A stretch of 64,000 nt of DNA, taken from NCBI GenBank assembly GCA_013265495.1, contig MU058065.1:6076302-6140301 (forward strand), in the 5' to 3' direction. Under the pieces are notes generated by a model. The model had not been told where the DNA came from. It was given only the letters and a program-made list of their open reading frames with translations, and ran no database searches. Numbering within the stretch: position 1 is the stretch's first letter; every line of letters starts with the position of its first letter. Source of the DNA: Vicugna vicugna (lineage: Eukaryota). Shown here one piece after another: positions 25,866 through 38,890 of the stretch. The position numbers and the translations under genes were made by a program.

Positions 25866-28800
25866 CTGAGGTGCTGTATATTCTGCAGACAATTTTTTGC
25901 CTTTGTTATTTAATTTGATTCTCTTAACTATCTGGTGAAATGAGCAGGTTTTATTGAGGAAAAGGCAGCCTAAATATATTGATCACCTACTCAAATTTTT
26001 TTAAAAGGCTAAAAAGAAAGAACACATTTACATACATTTTTTTTTCATTCCACTAGTGCCATTTCAGGATAAGGAGATATGATGAATTGGCTCAGAGAAA
26101 TTAAGTGACTCTGCGTCCCACAAATACTTGCAGTTGAAACCAGAACCTCATCCTTCGACTTTCTAGGACAGAGCTTTTTTCCACTATCTCACACTGTCTC
26201 AGAGGCTCAGCTCTAATGAAATATATTTGAGAAGGGAGGATACTCAGAGAGTAAAAAGCATTCCTGTAACTCTTCTTAAATCTGCCCATTGAAACATAGA
26301 TCTGAAATTATAAAAAAAAAAAAGTGGCCAGACACCAAACTAGAGTATTATCACATAGGTCAAGGAAAAATGTTAGAACCATGGGACATGAACTGAGTTG
26401 AGACACAGTTGGAGGGGAATACTCAATCTTGGAGAAGGATCTGAGAAACACTGACATTTTCAGATGCCAGAGTGTTTCACTTGGGGCTGCCCTGAGAAGA
26501 GGATAGTCAAGTGGGATGAGAACAGAACTAGGGGGAATACTTGCTGGCCCTCTTCCAACTCTTAGTTTCTCAGCCACTGAACAAGTAAGGTAGATGAGCT
26601 AGAACCTTTAAGGCTGCCTCTCAGCCCTTTTTATCCTTCAGCTCTTGGAAGCTGGAGGGAATTGGTCTCACTCAAATCAGTGGAAACTTAGTCTGTAGGC
26701 AGAGCTGGCCACAAGGCCAGGTTCAAAATTATTCCTGTGCCCTGGCCTTTGGGCAGAGAAGAGCATGGCCCAGGTTCTCTCACCAGCAGGGATCCGTAAA
26801 TTCTAGCCATACAGGACCCAGACGCTCTTTGTCCAGCAATGTTTTCCCAGTGTCTCCTGGGGAGTGATTCAGGGCCAAGGTGACAGTGGGTTTGGAGCTG
26901 AGATGAAAGGATCGCAGGGACCACAAGACAAGATCCCTTGTGTGGTGGCCGACTGGAAAGAGGAGGGAGTGAGTGTGTGTGGAGGTCAGTGACGCAATTC
27001 CCCTGGCTTGCAGCGATGGAGGAGGAGAAGGCTCGCGGTGTGTCTCCTTATAAAGAGGCCCTTACCACATGAAGCAGGGGTGAAGGTGATCCCACTGTGA
27101 GTCACCCAGGAAGGGACGCCGTGTGCCCAGAGCCCAGAGGAGAGGACTTGTGGATTTCCCACTCTTTCCTTCTATGATTTTATGCGTAATATGGATTGGT
27201 TTAGTCACTCAAGCTGTGCTGCCGTCTTCGAATCCATTCTATCTCCTCACTCTGTGCTATCCCTGATATGTGTAGGTTTTAAATCTATCAATTTGCTCGT
27301 GATTTCTAGTAGTTTTATTTTTTAATCTGAAGTTTGACGTCTGTTGATTTCCAAAAACCCAGACCATACTAATTATGTTTGCCTTTGAGAAGATGGCCTG
27401 GTGGCTCTTTGCCAAGCTTGGTTGTTCTTAGATTGTGTTTGCTTTTCTTCTTATCTTTAACCAAGGCAGGTTCATATCCTGGACTGGAATCTGAAGGGAT
27501 TCTAGGGGGCTTCTGGATCCAATTGCCCCTCAGTTGAAAGTGGCTCTAGTCTGGCCTTTATTGAGGTCTGGGACTGCAGAGAGCTCTGGGGAGTGTCCCT
27601 GTAATCAGCCAGCCACCAACCCCACACTGCCTTGTAATAAAGCAGCTCTATATTTGTTCTGTTTATAGTCTCCTCTGTAATAATGCCACAGCCCTCACTG
27701 CTCTCTCTTTGGGGAGATTTTCTGGGTAATAGAAAATTTTGAGATGTTAAAGAGGGCTGTAGATTCAGAAAATGTTTTTATCTAGGATGTGTCTTAAGTT
27801 GGGAAGATGCCCAGGAAATCCAGGTAGCCAGTGAGTGCTCATGGGGAGGAGTGCACTGTGGCAGGCAAGTCATTGTGACACATTGTGGCCGTCAGGACCA
27901 TGCGTGAGAAGGGGAGGTGTGGGAGACGCTATGTGGTTGTGGGTGTGGACCGCACTGTGCTCGTGGTGGCTGCAAGTGGCGCATATGGTTGGAATGGGGA
28001 GTGTGAGAGGTGTGTAAGTGGCCAGTGCAATGATGGAAACCTGGTTTTGGCAAATTTCGAAGCCGTCAGGTATGTTGGATGGTGAGACCTAGTCTAGCCT
28101 CAGAATAGAATCTTTTAGAGCTCACATTCCATTCATTCTTTCAACTGACGTCCCCTTTACTCTGCTCCCCAGCCTCTTCAGGCCTCCACACAGTTCTGCT
28201 GACAGTCCTTCCTCCTTCCTATTCCTTTCCATTTCTCATCTCTTTGTTAACCAGGAAGAAGTGAGAGACAGACTGTTCTGGAGAGGGGGTGAGGAGGGAG
28301 CCACCTTGATCTGGGGTAGTGAGAGCAAGCCCAATGGCCCAGGCTGCTGGCTTTGAAGTTGAGAATACTGGGGGTTGTTGTTGCCAGGGTTCTTGCGAAC
28401 AATTCTGATTCCTCCTTTTTCCCTCCCCCTTCTCTACCTCTTGCCTACCCTCACCCCTCAGATTCTATAAATACTTTATTATATGGCACTAGTAAAACTT
28501 CAAGTATTTCTTTTTATTAGAGCTACATAATATGGTAATTGTGTGACAGAACACAGCTCCGTGAGTAGCCCCCACCCTCTTCCTAGGTGTGGCCTCTCAC
28601 CACCTCAGCTGGGGCGAGGCCCACAGACCTCTCTGTTCCTCCGGAGTGTGTGTGAAGGGGGCTGGGTCAGATTTGCAGACAGAGGAAAGGGGTCAAGGCC
28701 TTTGAGTAGGATCTGGCGAGTGGAGTAAAGAGGTGCTTTTCTAGTTTTAAGCAAAGTCTGTTTTGTTGTGTGAGTACAACAGAAATCTTATTATTAGCAT

Positions 28801-31800
28801 TAATTCCTATCCCTGCATGGGGCCACTTAAGCTGCCTTTCCTTTTAATAGTGTTGTCCTGTGCCATAGAAGTAGGTTTTGAACTTAGACCCAGGGCCAGG
28901 GGTGCATGGATTTCTTTGGTCGACTCTGATTCGCTGTATTTCACCTTTAATTATTTGTTTCTAGTAACAGTCATCATTCTTTCTGATGTCTCCTGGGTTC
29001 AGAATCTGTGGGTGCTAAAAAAAACTTGATTCTCCTATCTCTTGTTCCTTTAACATTAGAACATCTTTTCTCTTAAACCTGAGTCACTGGTCTCTATGTC
29101 CGCTGGTCTCATGGAAGGTGTGGGGCTGAAATTCCATAATCTGTAGGTCTTTCATTACTGTTAATGCATGATGGGCTAACTGTGTATTTTATTGCCTAAT
29201 TGAGCCTTATTATTTGATTCTGGTTTTTGTCCAGTGAGACGTGACTTTGAACCTTCCCTACCCCTCTACTGTAGCTATTGAACTAGGTCAGTGTATCCCT
29301 ATCACTTCTCAGAATTGAGTAGGACTTGATTTCTGCATCCTTATTTCTGCAGAGCTTGAGACTTGGGGATTTCTGCCTGGGCAGCAGCTAACAGAGCACT
29401 TGGTGCCAGGGATGTGGGCACAATGTTTAGTCCTTTCTTAACTGCCCTTGTGCCCAGTGTTTGCAAAGGGGCCAATCCCCAACTAGACTCTGCCATTCAC
29501 TCCTTACTCCTCATGGAGTTGTATGGGCATATGCTCTTCCCACCTTTTGGGACTAGCCAAGGTTAATATTAGACCTTCTAGCTGGGCTGCTGTTCCCGAA
29601 AGCCACAGGGTGTTGTTAATATTCATGTGACCGCAGAGGCTCATCAATATTCATAAGGTATCTGCAGCTTTCCTTTGGGCCCTTAGCTTGGAGAAAACAG
29701 GAATGATTAGAGTTTCTAGAACTTAAAACTAACCATATTTCCTGGAGTCTCTTGAGGAGGAGGCAAACCTTAAGAGTAAATGTCTGGGCCAAGAGAAGAA
29801 GGAATTTTCATGCCAATATCCTGAACTGGTCTGACAATTTAGTGGAGTCGTGCTGGATGTCTGGTGTTCATGTCATCATCCTTCTCCAGTGTTTATTGAA
29901 TAGTGCTGGGTTTAGGTTCTTGTACGAGGTCCTCTGGGGGTAGGAAACGAGCATTGATTGGTAAGTACTTAGTGAGTGCTAGGGATACAGCAGTAACTGA
30001 AGTGATTCCTGCATCAAGAAGCATGTGGAAGAGAAGAGGAGACAGTTAGGTGTATGCATACTTATCATCCAAAGTGAGGGTGCTGTTCTAGAGATGTACA
30101 CAAAGCACTGAGCAAAGACAAATGAGAAAGTCATTCTCAGGGCGGAAATCAGTGAAGGATTCCCAGGGAGCTCTTGAAAGGAAAGTAGAGTTTTCTGTGA
30201 TTCCTTTAATAACTCTCAACAAGGCATAAATCCCCTTTAAATGCCCTGCCTGGGCACCCTGCTTACCAACCTTGTCTGATGCTCCTTTTATCAAATGCTT
30301 CAGCTATTCCAGTATCTTATTTAACAGAACTTCTTCCCTCTATAAAGCATCCTTCTACTTCCTAGGTGGGAAATTTCCCACACTTTTTTCTGAAAGATTT
30401 AACTAGTAAGAGCTCCCAACTGCAATACAGTCTTTGGCATAGTTTGGATATTTAAAAAGATGAACATAATTCCAGCTTGTATAATTAAAAGAAGAGCAGG
30501 TGAGCCTGAGGCTACCTTTCTGTTGTATTGAGCACTAGTTGGCCACTTAGGATTTTGGTGTCATGTTTGAAAGATGCTTGGGACCTTAGTACCCACAGGA
30601 AAATCAAGACAGTAATAAAAGGGATGGAAACAGAATTTTTAAAAAAGTATCCAAGGAAAATGGGATTAATTGAGAGAGTAGATTGAGTGGTAGCTCGTTC
30701 TTTTAAATATGAAAACTTAGCACCTGTAGGATGTGCTTTTCTGCATTTCATTCAAAATACTACAAGAAAGGACGAACTTGAATTACAGCAATAAGGATAC
30801 AGATGAAGTAGTGAGAAGAATTTTCTGCCAGACTAGAATTTTACCAAGGGAAGCTTTGGAAACTCCCTCCCTAGAATTCTTTAAGATTCTCTCCCTAACG
30901 ACAGGTGTAGTCTAGCCCTGCTGGAAACAGTTGGAAGGCAAGATTAGGATAGGTCATGGCTAGTCCTAAGATTCTGTGGTTAGCTCTCTACTCCCCTCAA
31001 TTTCCTGGTTCATGCTAAGGCCTATCAGAAGCTTCTTCCTCTTCTACCAGATGACAATACTTTTTATGGAGCCCCACATATTTCCTGTGGTGACATTTGG
31101 GAAAATAACTTGTATATGTCAATCCCAGGCATCCTCCCATACTTTCTACTAAATCTTGAGGTCTGAGGAAGCTGACCTTGGAAGCTGGCATGCAGTTCCT
31201 AGAGTTAGGTCCAGGAATGGGTTTTAGGAAAAAACACTTCTTCATAAGGGATTGAGGAAGGAATACTGTTGACAGTTCTTTTTCTGTACACATCCATTGA
31301 CCCACACTGTATATCCTTCCTTTTGTATCCTCTTATATTTCTTCATTCTGTCTGTCACAAAGTTTGTTTAGATTTTTGATCTTTGCTGTTCACATAGATA
31401 TTCTTTAAGATGAGTGAGAATTGCTCAGCTACCTTAAAGAATCAGATTAATGATGCTAAAATGGAGGCTCCGTTAAAGTTGTAAACCTGGATGTCTTATT
31501 TACCACTGTACCTTCAGCTTGTGCCCGGTTCATAGTAGGTGCTACAGAAATATTTGTTAAATGGATGAACAAATGTTTATATTTGTGAGATGAACTGACT
31601 TCTCAATGAGCGTATTGCTTATTAGAATGTTTGCCCAGACCATAGTGAGGACCACAGGAATGGCAGAGCAGTGTGAAATATCTAAGTCATTGCTCATTGG
31701 TGACACTGCTTTCATTCTACTGTTTAATGACAAAGGATCATGTCATCTTGGTGCAAAATTAGAATTCCTACCTAAAACCAAGAAAACCAAACAGTGTTAT

Positions 31801-32167
31801 ACAGAAATAATTTTAAAACGTATTGAATTTTATTAAGTAGAGAAAGCGCTTGTTGAGTTTTCACAGCTCTCAGATCAGCAAGATTGGTGGAGAAGGAACT
31901 TCACAGACTAATGGTTGCTAGGACTGGAACTCAGAACCTGGTGAGAAGGTTCTAGCTGATTGGAATTCCTAAGATGTCGATCCCAGGGAATAGGAGAAGC
32001 TTGGAGCATTGGATTTGTCCATTGCTTCCCATGGAGTTATTCCCTTTGGTAGAAGTTATGGTTTCTTTTCTCTTGGATTCCATTCCTTTAGGGCTTACCA
32101 TGAGTTAAAGAAGGTGAATTTGATGTCCATTCAGTTTTAGAATCTAATCTACTCAGCTGTCAGGAGG

Positions 32168-32186
32168 AGACAGCAGGTGGCGCCAT
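32168..32186 (+). promoter_or_regulatory. CTCF-binding motif
   Basis: ACAGCAGGTGGCGCC matches the core consensus except at the first base. Confidence 0.55.
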
Positions 32187-33874
32187 TGTCCTACTTCTGC
32201 TGGCTTGGAAAGGACAGGAGATGGAGAGAGGGAAGGGTTCTCTCGGGGACAGGGAGAGGGGACTGGGAACCCCAGCTGTTGCTCAGGTAAGAAATCCTTG
32301 CGGGTTCCGTGTCTGCTTGCTCCCTGTCACCCAGGGTCTGTACCTCCAATGTCCTACTTTGGCTAGAGGATTGGTGAGGAGAGGGGGATACCAGCAAATC
32401 CAATCGTGGAAGAAGAGCCCATTCACTTTCTGTTCCTGGCATGATTATGTCTCCTTCAGGGCCTGATTCTATCAGATGCCATGGTTTCTGAGGCCCTTGC
32501 CTCATTCTATGAGCCTCTTTTTTCTTTCTGTGAATTTCTTTCTATCTTTTGACGAATATCCATCTTAGGACACATTTCTTGTTTCAGAACACTTTCTTCA
32601 TGGATAGATCTCTTTTTTCCACCTGCTTCCACCCTGGTTTCTCTGGGAGGCTGGCAGAGGGTTTCAGGGAGTGGGGAATGGAGAAACACTGGCCCCTGGA
32701 TGAATTGAAACTCCAGAGGTGCTGATCAGGAGGGCGGAGGAGGACAGGGAAAGCTGGTTCATTAGAGGCTCTTTGGTTCTGAGAAGGAAGCAGGACACTG
32801 TCCAGACTGTAGGACACCAAAACAGAGTGTGAAAAGTCACCTCAGGATCTGCCAAAACTGAGGCTATCTCTTTGGCGTCCACGTGCTAGAGCAGGCACGT
32901 CTCCCCAAGTCCGACTGGTTCCCACAGCCTGGTTGTTAGCTCTCTTCTCGCATTGTCCCTGACGCCCCTGACTTCCCCACTCCCTTTGCAGACCCGCCGG
33001 GCTGTCTCCATCCTTCATTCCTTGAGCTTGTTCCGTGGGCCTCCCCCCTTCCCTGGGGCGGGTTTAAGGGCTGGGCGGAGCTGTCCGCCTGAATCCCCTG
33101 TGGCCCCTTTGGTTCCTGGTTCTATATATATCCCTGTCCTTCTCTGCACAGGGTTTGATACGGCTTTATGGGCATTTCCATCCGCTTCACAGGCGCAGCC
33201 ATCACAGAGGCGTGTTTCACCCGAGAAACCTCAGCGGAGCCTGGCCTGTGGCGGACTCAGTCTGGCCCCTGAATCAAGGCTCTCTTCTCTCCCTGCCCTC
33301 CCCCGTCCCTCCCCCTCCGTGTCCCCACTGCCTACCCCCAAGTGAATAACAGAGCTCTGGGGAGCACTCAGCCTCATTGGCAGAGCATTTTGGAACTCCA
33401 GAGACTCATGGAGAATTCTTTAGTGTCCCTTTCTCCACTGAATTAGTCGGGGCAGGTATGAACCCTGACTCCTGGCTTAGACTCTGCTGTAAGAGGGGAG
33501 TCAGGTATTTCTTGAAAAGAAGGAACACAGTGGGTGCTGGCAGGTTCTCTAGAGGTGTAAGAAAAGAGAGAAGAGCCTTTACGAACTGAGGCTGGAGGAG
33601 CCAGTGGCAGCCTAGTGAGGAGGGTCAGAGGCAGAACTGGTCATGAGTTCAGAGTGATAAAGGGACCAGGGTACTCAAGACAGTGGATAGGAAAGAATAT
33701 TCCCCCACAGGTCTGTCTTTTGGCTTATTCTCTGGCAAAGAGAGGAAACGGTGGACTCTGGTTTAGAAAGGGAAAGTTTTCTTGGAATAAAGGGGAAACC
33801 TGTTAAATAGGTTAAAATTTGCATGGGCAAGCAATAGACCCCCCCTCCCCCAATTTTAGGATGTTTAATAATTA

Positions 33875-34130
33875 TCCCAAATAATCATTATAGCTACTGG
33901 TTTGGGGGTACCTGTTGAACACGAGGCCCTCTGACTATACATCTCGTTGTCGCTCTTCACTACCTTTTTATGAGTCTGTATTTCCCTGGTACGGAGAGTG
34001 AAACTGAGATTCGTGGCATGTAAGTTTCCCAAAGTCACATAGCTAATAAATAAGTGATGAAGCCAGCTTTCAAAGCCAGTCAGCTAAATCCAAAGCCCAT
34101 GCTCTTCCCACTACGCTGTGCTACCTCCCT
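33875..34130 (-). mobile_element. MIR SINE
   Basis: gaaactgagatt...cccaaagtcacatagctaataaat...ccaaagcccatgctcttcccact. Confidence 0.75.
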
Positions 34131-37100
34131 ACAGAGCCCATAAGAAGGTGACTGAGCTGATTCTGACTTAGTTTGTGGTCTGAATAATGTTTAGTCTCTT
34201 TCCGTTATTTAAAACTTCGCAATTCCACGTGGTTCCCTAAACCTGACACCTGTGTTTACTCGTGAGTTTCCCTGACATTTTGGCTGATCTTTGAGCCTGG
34301 GAATTCCCAGGGCACCAGGATGCTTGGCTGTGCCTCATAAAGGACTGGCATGTCTATGTGTGCATCTCTTTGTTATTATCCAGCTGAGCTCAGGCAAGAA
34401 GGCAGCTCACTGTTGTTGCCTAGAGGCCTTCATCCCTGGCTTAGAGACATCGGTCCATTTGTGACTCTGCTGTCCAGAATGGCCTGGCTAAGTATTTTTT
34501 TTTCCCTCCGATGTTTACTGTTCTTTCGTGGGATTTCAGATTTCCATGATGGCGGAAGGCTTGTAAAATGCAGGGGTGGGGAAGGGTTACTGTGGCAGGA
34601 GCCTGGGCCAGGCCAGGTCGAGCCAGCAGCACAGACAGCTTTTATAATAGTGTGCAGGGCTAGGAGGCTTGTAAAGGCGATGCAGGCAGATAGGGGGATA
34701 AATCATGCAAGCAGCGGGCAGGGTGGTGAGCCGAGGTTAGGAATTAACTTTGTGTTGGATGGAGCCCAGGTTGTGGGATGGGAAGAGAGGCCTCTCCTCT
34801 TTTCCTCTCCTCTCAGCTCTGTTCTTTGCCTCTCCTTTCTGTTGGCCCTATTCACTGCAGGCTGTGACATGTTTGCCCTAGCCCTTCCTGTCCCTCCTCC
34901 AAGTTGCCTGAACTAAATCAACAAGGGAGAGGGTACCCCAGAGCAAGGGAAGAAAGTACTTCATGCTTCTATCAATCAAACTGCTTTGTTCTCTTGCAAA
35001 TGTGGAATGGAACTAGCTGACCTCTTCCTTCCCATAGCCATGTGTATATTAGGGTACCCATCCCTAGGTCCTTTTGCTTGTTCTCATGCGTTATGGTTTT
35101 CACCTTGGAAGTGGACCTGAATCCTTTGGGATCATAAAGAAAGCAGAAAATACCTGTCTAGCTATTCTGAGGTTCTCCATCTGCCTGAGCTGGGGTGTAG
35201 CCCTTGACTGGATTCTTTTGAGGGCTGAGGCGAATCCAGATAGCCTCATTCTGGAAGTACATTTGGATGACCTCATTTTCTCCTGGGGGTCTCTGTGTCT
35301 CATGTGTGGAAGTGAGGAGGGAGCTGGGAGCAATGCAGAGAGAGGCCACATGAGCGGTCAGAGTGGACTTTGTGTATGAAAGAAGTTGAAGTTAAATTTT
35401 CTCTGGAGACCTGTGCATGTGTATATAGTGGCTGAGAGTTAAGAGGTGGGTGCTTATTGCAGGGATAGTGTTTATATGGCTCTTCAAGTCAGAGCTATAT
35501 CTATTACAATCTTTATTCCTCTGCACAGCCCTTCATGGGATGCTTTGCAAATTGTGAGGGATCAGTGAACGCTTACAACTATCTGCTTTGGCTCTTGATT
35601 GGCACAAGCAGTCAGCCCCTAGGCCCTCTTCTATTGCTCCCTCCCCATCAAACATCTCCCACCATAAACTGTCCCTCTAATCATCACAGCTTTCAAGTGG
35701 ATGGCTCAGCCCAAACGAAAGTCACTGACTGCATTTCTTGCTCCCCAGATCTGTAGCACTGCCACTTTTCTTTCTAATTGGGCCCTAATTGAAAACTGGT
35801 TGCATTTGGACTTTTCTCCTTCTGTTCTGCTTTTTAGTTCCAGTGGTGGAAAACATTCAGCTGAGGTTTGGGTTTTTCCTTTCTTTCTCCCCCTCATTTT
35901 TCCTTCTCCTTCTGCTTCTTTCTTCTTTTTCTTTTTTTTTCAATATGGTGGGATTCTTTTGAAAAGGCTGTCCCCAGCCTGTTGGATCCCCACTCACAAA
36001 CCCCAGCCTTCTCCTAGAAGACCGGATCTTTTCAAGTGGTTTGCATTGAACACGTCGGAGGCCCCCAATGCCTGTGACAGTTTCTGTTAATTATAGAGGC
36101 TCTTTCCCCCTCTCACATTAGTCAAAGGAGTTTTGTGTGTTTTAACAGCGTTTTCCCTTGGCTTGAATAAGACTCTGTTCAGATGTTTCCTAGGGCTGGT
36201 GAGTCGGCAGCACTCACTGGTACCCGGTAGCAATGTTTCCTTATTTACTTCTCTGGGGCTTCAAAGATTACTGGGGAAAGGATGCTTCCTAGTGTGCTTG
36301 AAATTTAGTTGTTTCTGGGTTATAGACATCATTCTTACACAGTTAAAAACTTCTGCAGTGTCTGAGCCTCAGATAGGAGATAGATGTGCACTTGTGTGTG
36401 GAGGTGTTCTCCAGTCTGTAGGCCTCTGCTTTGTGCTTTCACTCTGCTCCCAGACTTATCCAGGCCTGTGGAAGAGTCCCCTTCTTGTCCTTGTTGTTGG
36501 GCTACATCAGAGCATTTCTGGGGACCCTGGCTGCATTTTGTATTTCTTAGGCCTATGTAAGCATTACCCTTTATAGGCCTTTGGAGCATTTGCAGTGCTG
36601 TCATCTTCAATCTTATGTGCCCTTCTGTCTGGAAGCCCCCAAGAAAGACATTTTGCTTGTTTAGTCAGACCAGGGCATTCTAAGTAGGCATCAGCTGTGG
36701 TGCATGAACTGTTTAGGGACTTCTGAGAGGTCAGTCTACCAGCTTGACTAGGAGAGAGCAGGAGATCACTGAAACAAGCAGTATTCAACTAGAACTCTAT
36801 ATGGGGCTGCATTTTGCTGCATTTTAGGAAGCCTGGATTTAGTCTGGGAGGGGGTCAGTAGGGTCTCACAGGTGGAGCTGTGGGTAGAGGGTCATGAGAC
36901 TCCTCAGGCAAAGCATCTTTGGACATGTCACTTCTAATTGTTGGTTAATAATCGCTTGTCCCATTGTGGGCTTTATTGTTTTCTCAGAGATTTACTTAGC
37001 TGTGAATTTCTCCTTTAGAATATTTTGCTTTTGAAGATGCTTATATTTAATTCCTGCACCATTTTCTGAGCCTACACACCTCCCTGTCTGAAGCATTGAT

Positions 37101-38679
37101 TTTATTTGGATGAGAACATTGAAGCAGGAGGATCTTGAAGAGTGATAGATTGACAAGTTCTGTACAGGGCTTCTCCTAGGAGTTTGGCACTTAGAGTACG
37201 GTTGGACTTCTTTGAAATGTTATATGAATGACAGTCTTAATTACGATAACTCCTATTTCCCTTTTTTCTGGAAGTACGGAATACTTGAAAACAATATCAG
37301 TTCTGGCAATAGCTTAAAAGGTAAGGAATCTTAGGCCCCTACAGAGAAGGTCCACTAGCTTGGCTTCTCCAAAGTTCATAGAAGATGGAAATAAAACTTA
37401 CAGAGGGGGAGTCCTTTGCTCATGGGAAAGATCGGGGTAGAGTGAGGCAAGTACTCTTTTCTGTGAAAGAATAACAAAAGCTCCTAGAGGCCCTGAGTGG
37501 CTGGACCTGGGGGCATGTCACTTCTCTGGGGCCCCTGCAAAAGGACAAAGCCATAGAAAGAGGGTTATGGAAATTCATGATGATTCCATTTTAAAATAAA
37601 TTCTTGGATCAGAATTCAGGGAAGCTGATTCCCCATATGGAGTGTAATTTTCCCATTCTCTTCCCCTTTTCTTTCCTGTCTGCCTCCCCCTCCCCAATTT
37701 GCTTGGAGTCTCTGGCTCAGCACATGTTTGGGGCACCAAATGCAAAACATCTTCCTGTCCTGTGACCACAGAGACTGCAGCGTTGGAAATTCTTCCTGAA
37801 TTGCTGACATGGTTGTGCTGTACATTGTTTATATTTTATGACACACGTTTAACAATATAAACTGTAATATATTAAGGTAAAACATTGAACAAGTGAAGCA
37901 GAGTCAAAAGATACTAGTGACTTCTGTTTGGTTAGCACTGGGGAGGTAAAGGACTTTAATTTCTTGTTTGCTGAAGTGATAGACGCTTGTCTATCCCATA
38001 CTTTTAAGGCATGGAGTGTAAACAGAGTACCACATAAAGGCACAGGAGCTTTCTTTAAAAGTGGTGACTAATTTCGGCAAAATCTATTTATGTATTGTTC
38101 AAAGTTGAAATACTTTCACAATTGTGATTCTTGGTGGCACAACTTGTGGGGAGGATGCTGCCATGCCCTATGGAGAGATTGGATCCAGACCTTTTACGTT
38201 TATTATTATTGATCAATTACTGATTTATTTTTTAAATGTGGAATCCAATTTTAATTTACATTATATTCATCCAAACTCCTACACAAATACTCAACATCAA
38301 CAACTTGTGAAAGTCCTGAGTGTAAAGGAAATTCTAGAAGAGGGTGAAGACATCAGAGGTTCTGTGATATTTGTTCCTGAAAAACCTTGGGTTGCCAGAG
38401 ATCCGCTTTCAGGGAAATAGTATTGGAGTCCTTTCTCCTCCTGCTTATCTGGACCTTTTGCAGCTGTGAGTGTGGCTTTTGGAGCCTACTTCAGCAAGCT
38501 GGCCTCCCTGTTATTCTGCAGCAAGGGGAGATTATGTTTATGCCTTTAGGAAGCTTTTACACGAGTTCAGGGGAAGCTCAAGCTCTCCCTCTGACCACTG
38601 ATTTTGCTCTTAGACTGCAGTTTACTGGCAGTTTGGAGCATAAAGATGCAAGTTAGCTAGGGTAGAATTAATAAAAGTA

Positions 38680-38890
38680 ATGATTTATATCTGTGCGGTG
38701 TTTGTAGTTGGCAAAGTGCTTACACTTCCACTGTGTTTTGATTGTGGTCTTTGTAAATTAGGACAATGTTTTTATATTATTACCCCAATTTTATAGATGA
38801 GGAAACTGGGGTTCCTGAGTTTCCCAAGGTTACATAACAAGTAAGCAGCAGAGCCAGGACTCAAACCAGGTTCGTTTAGATTGTTCCACT
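38680..38890 (-). mobile_element. MIR SINE
   Basis: ccccaattttatagatgaggaaactgggg...cagagccaggactcaaaccagg. Confidence 0.85.

Noticed and set aside
32270..32295. CAG|GTAAGA as a recursive splice site (similarly cag|gtaaca at 23534)
   Set aside because: Upstream polypyrimidine tracts are weak; cannot be supported without RNA data.
34350..34916. Longest intronic ORF (188 aa)
   Set aside because: No recognisable domain or exon structure; expected by chance in GC-rich DNA and better explained as a regulatory block.
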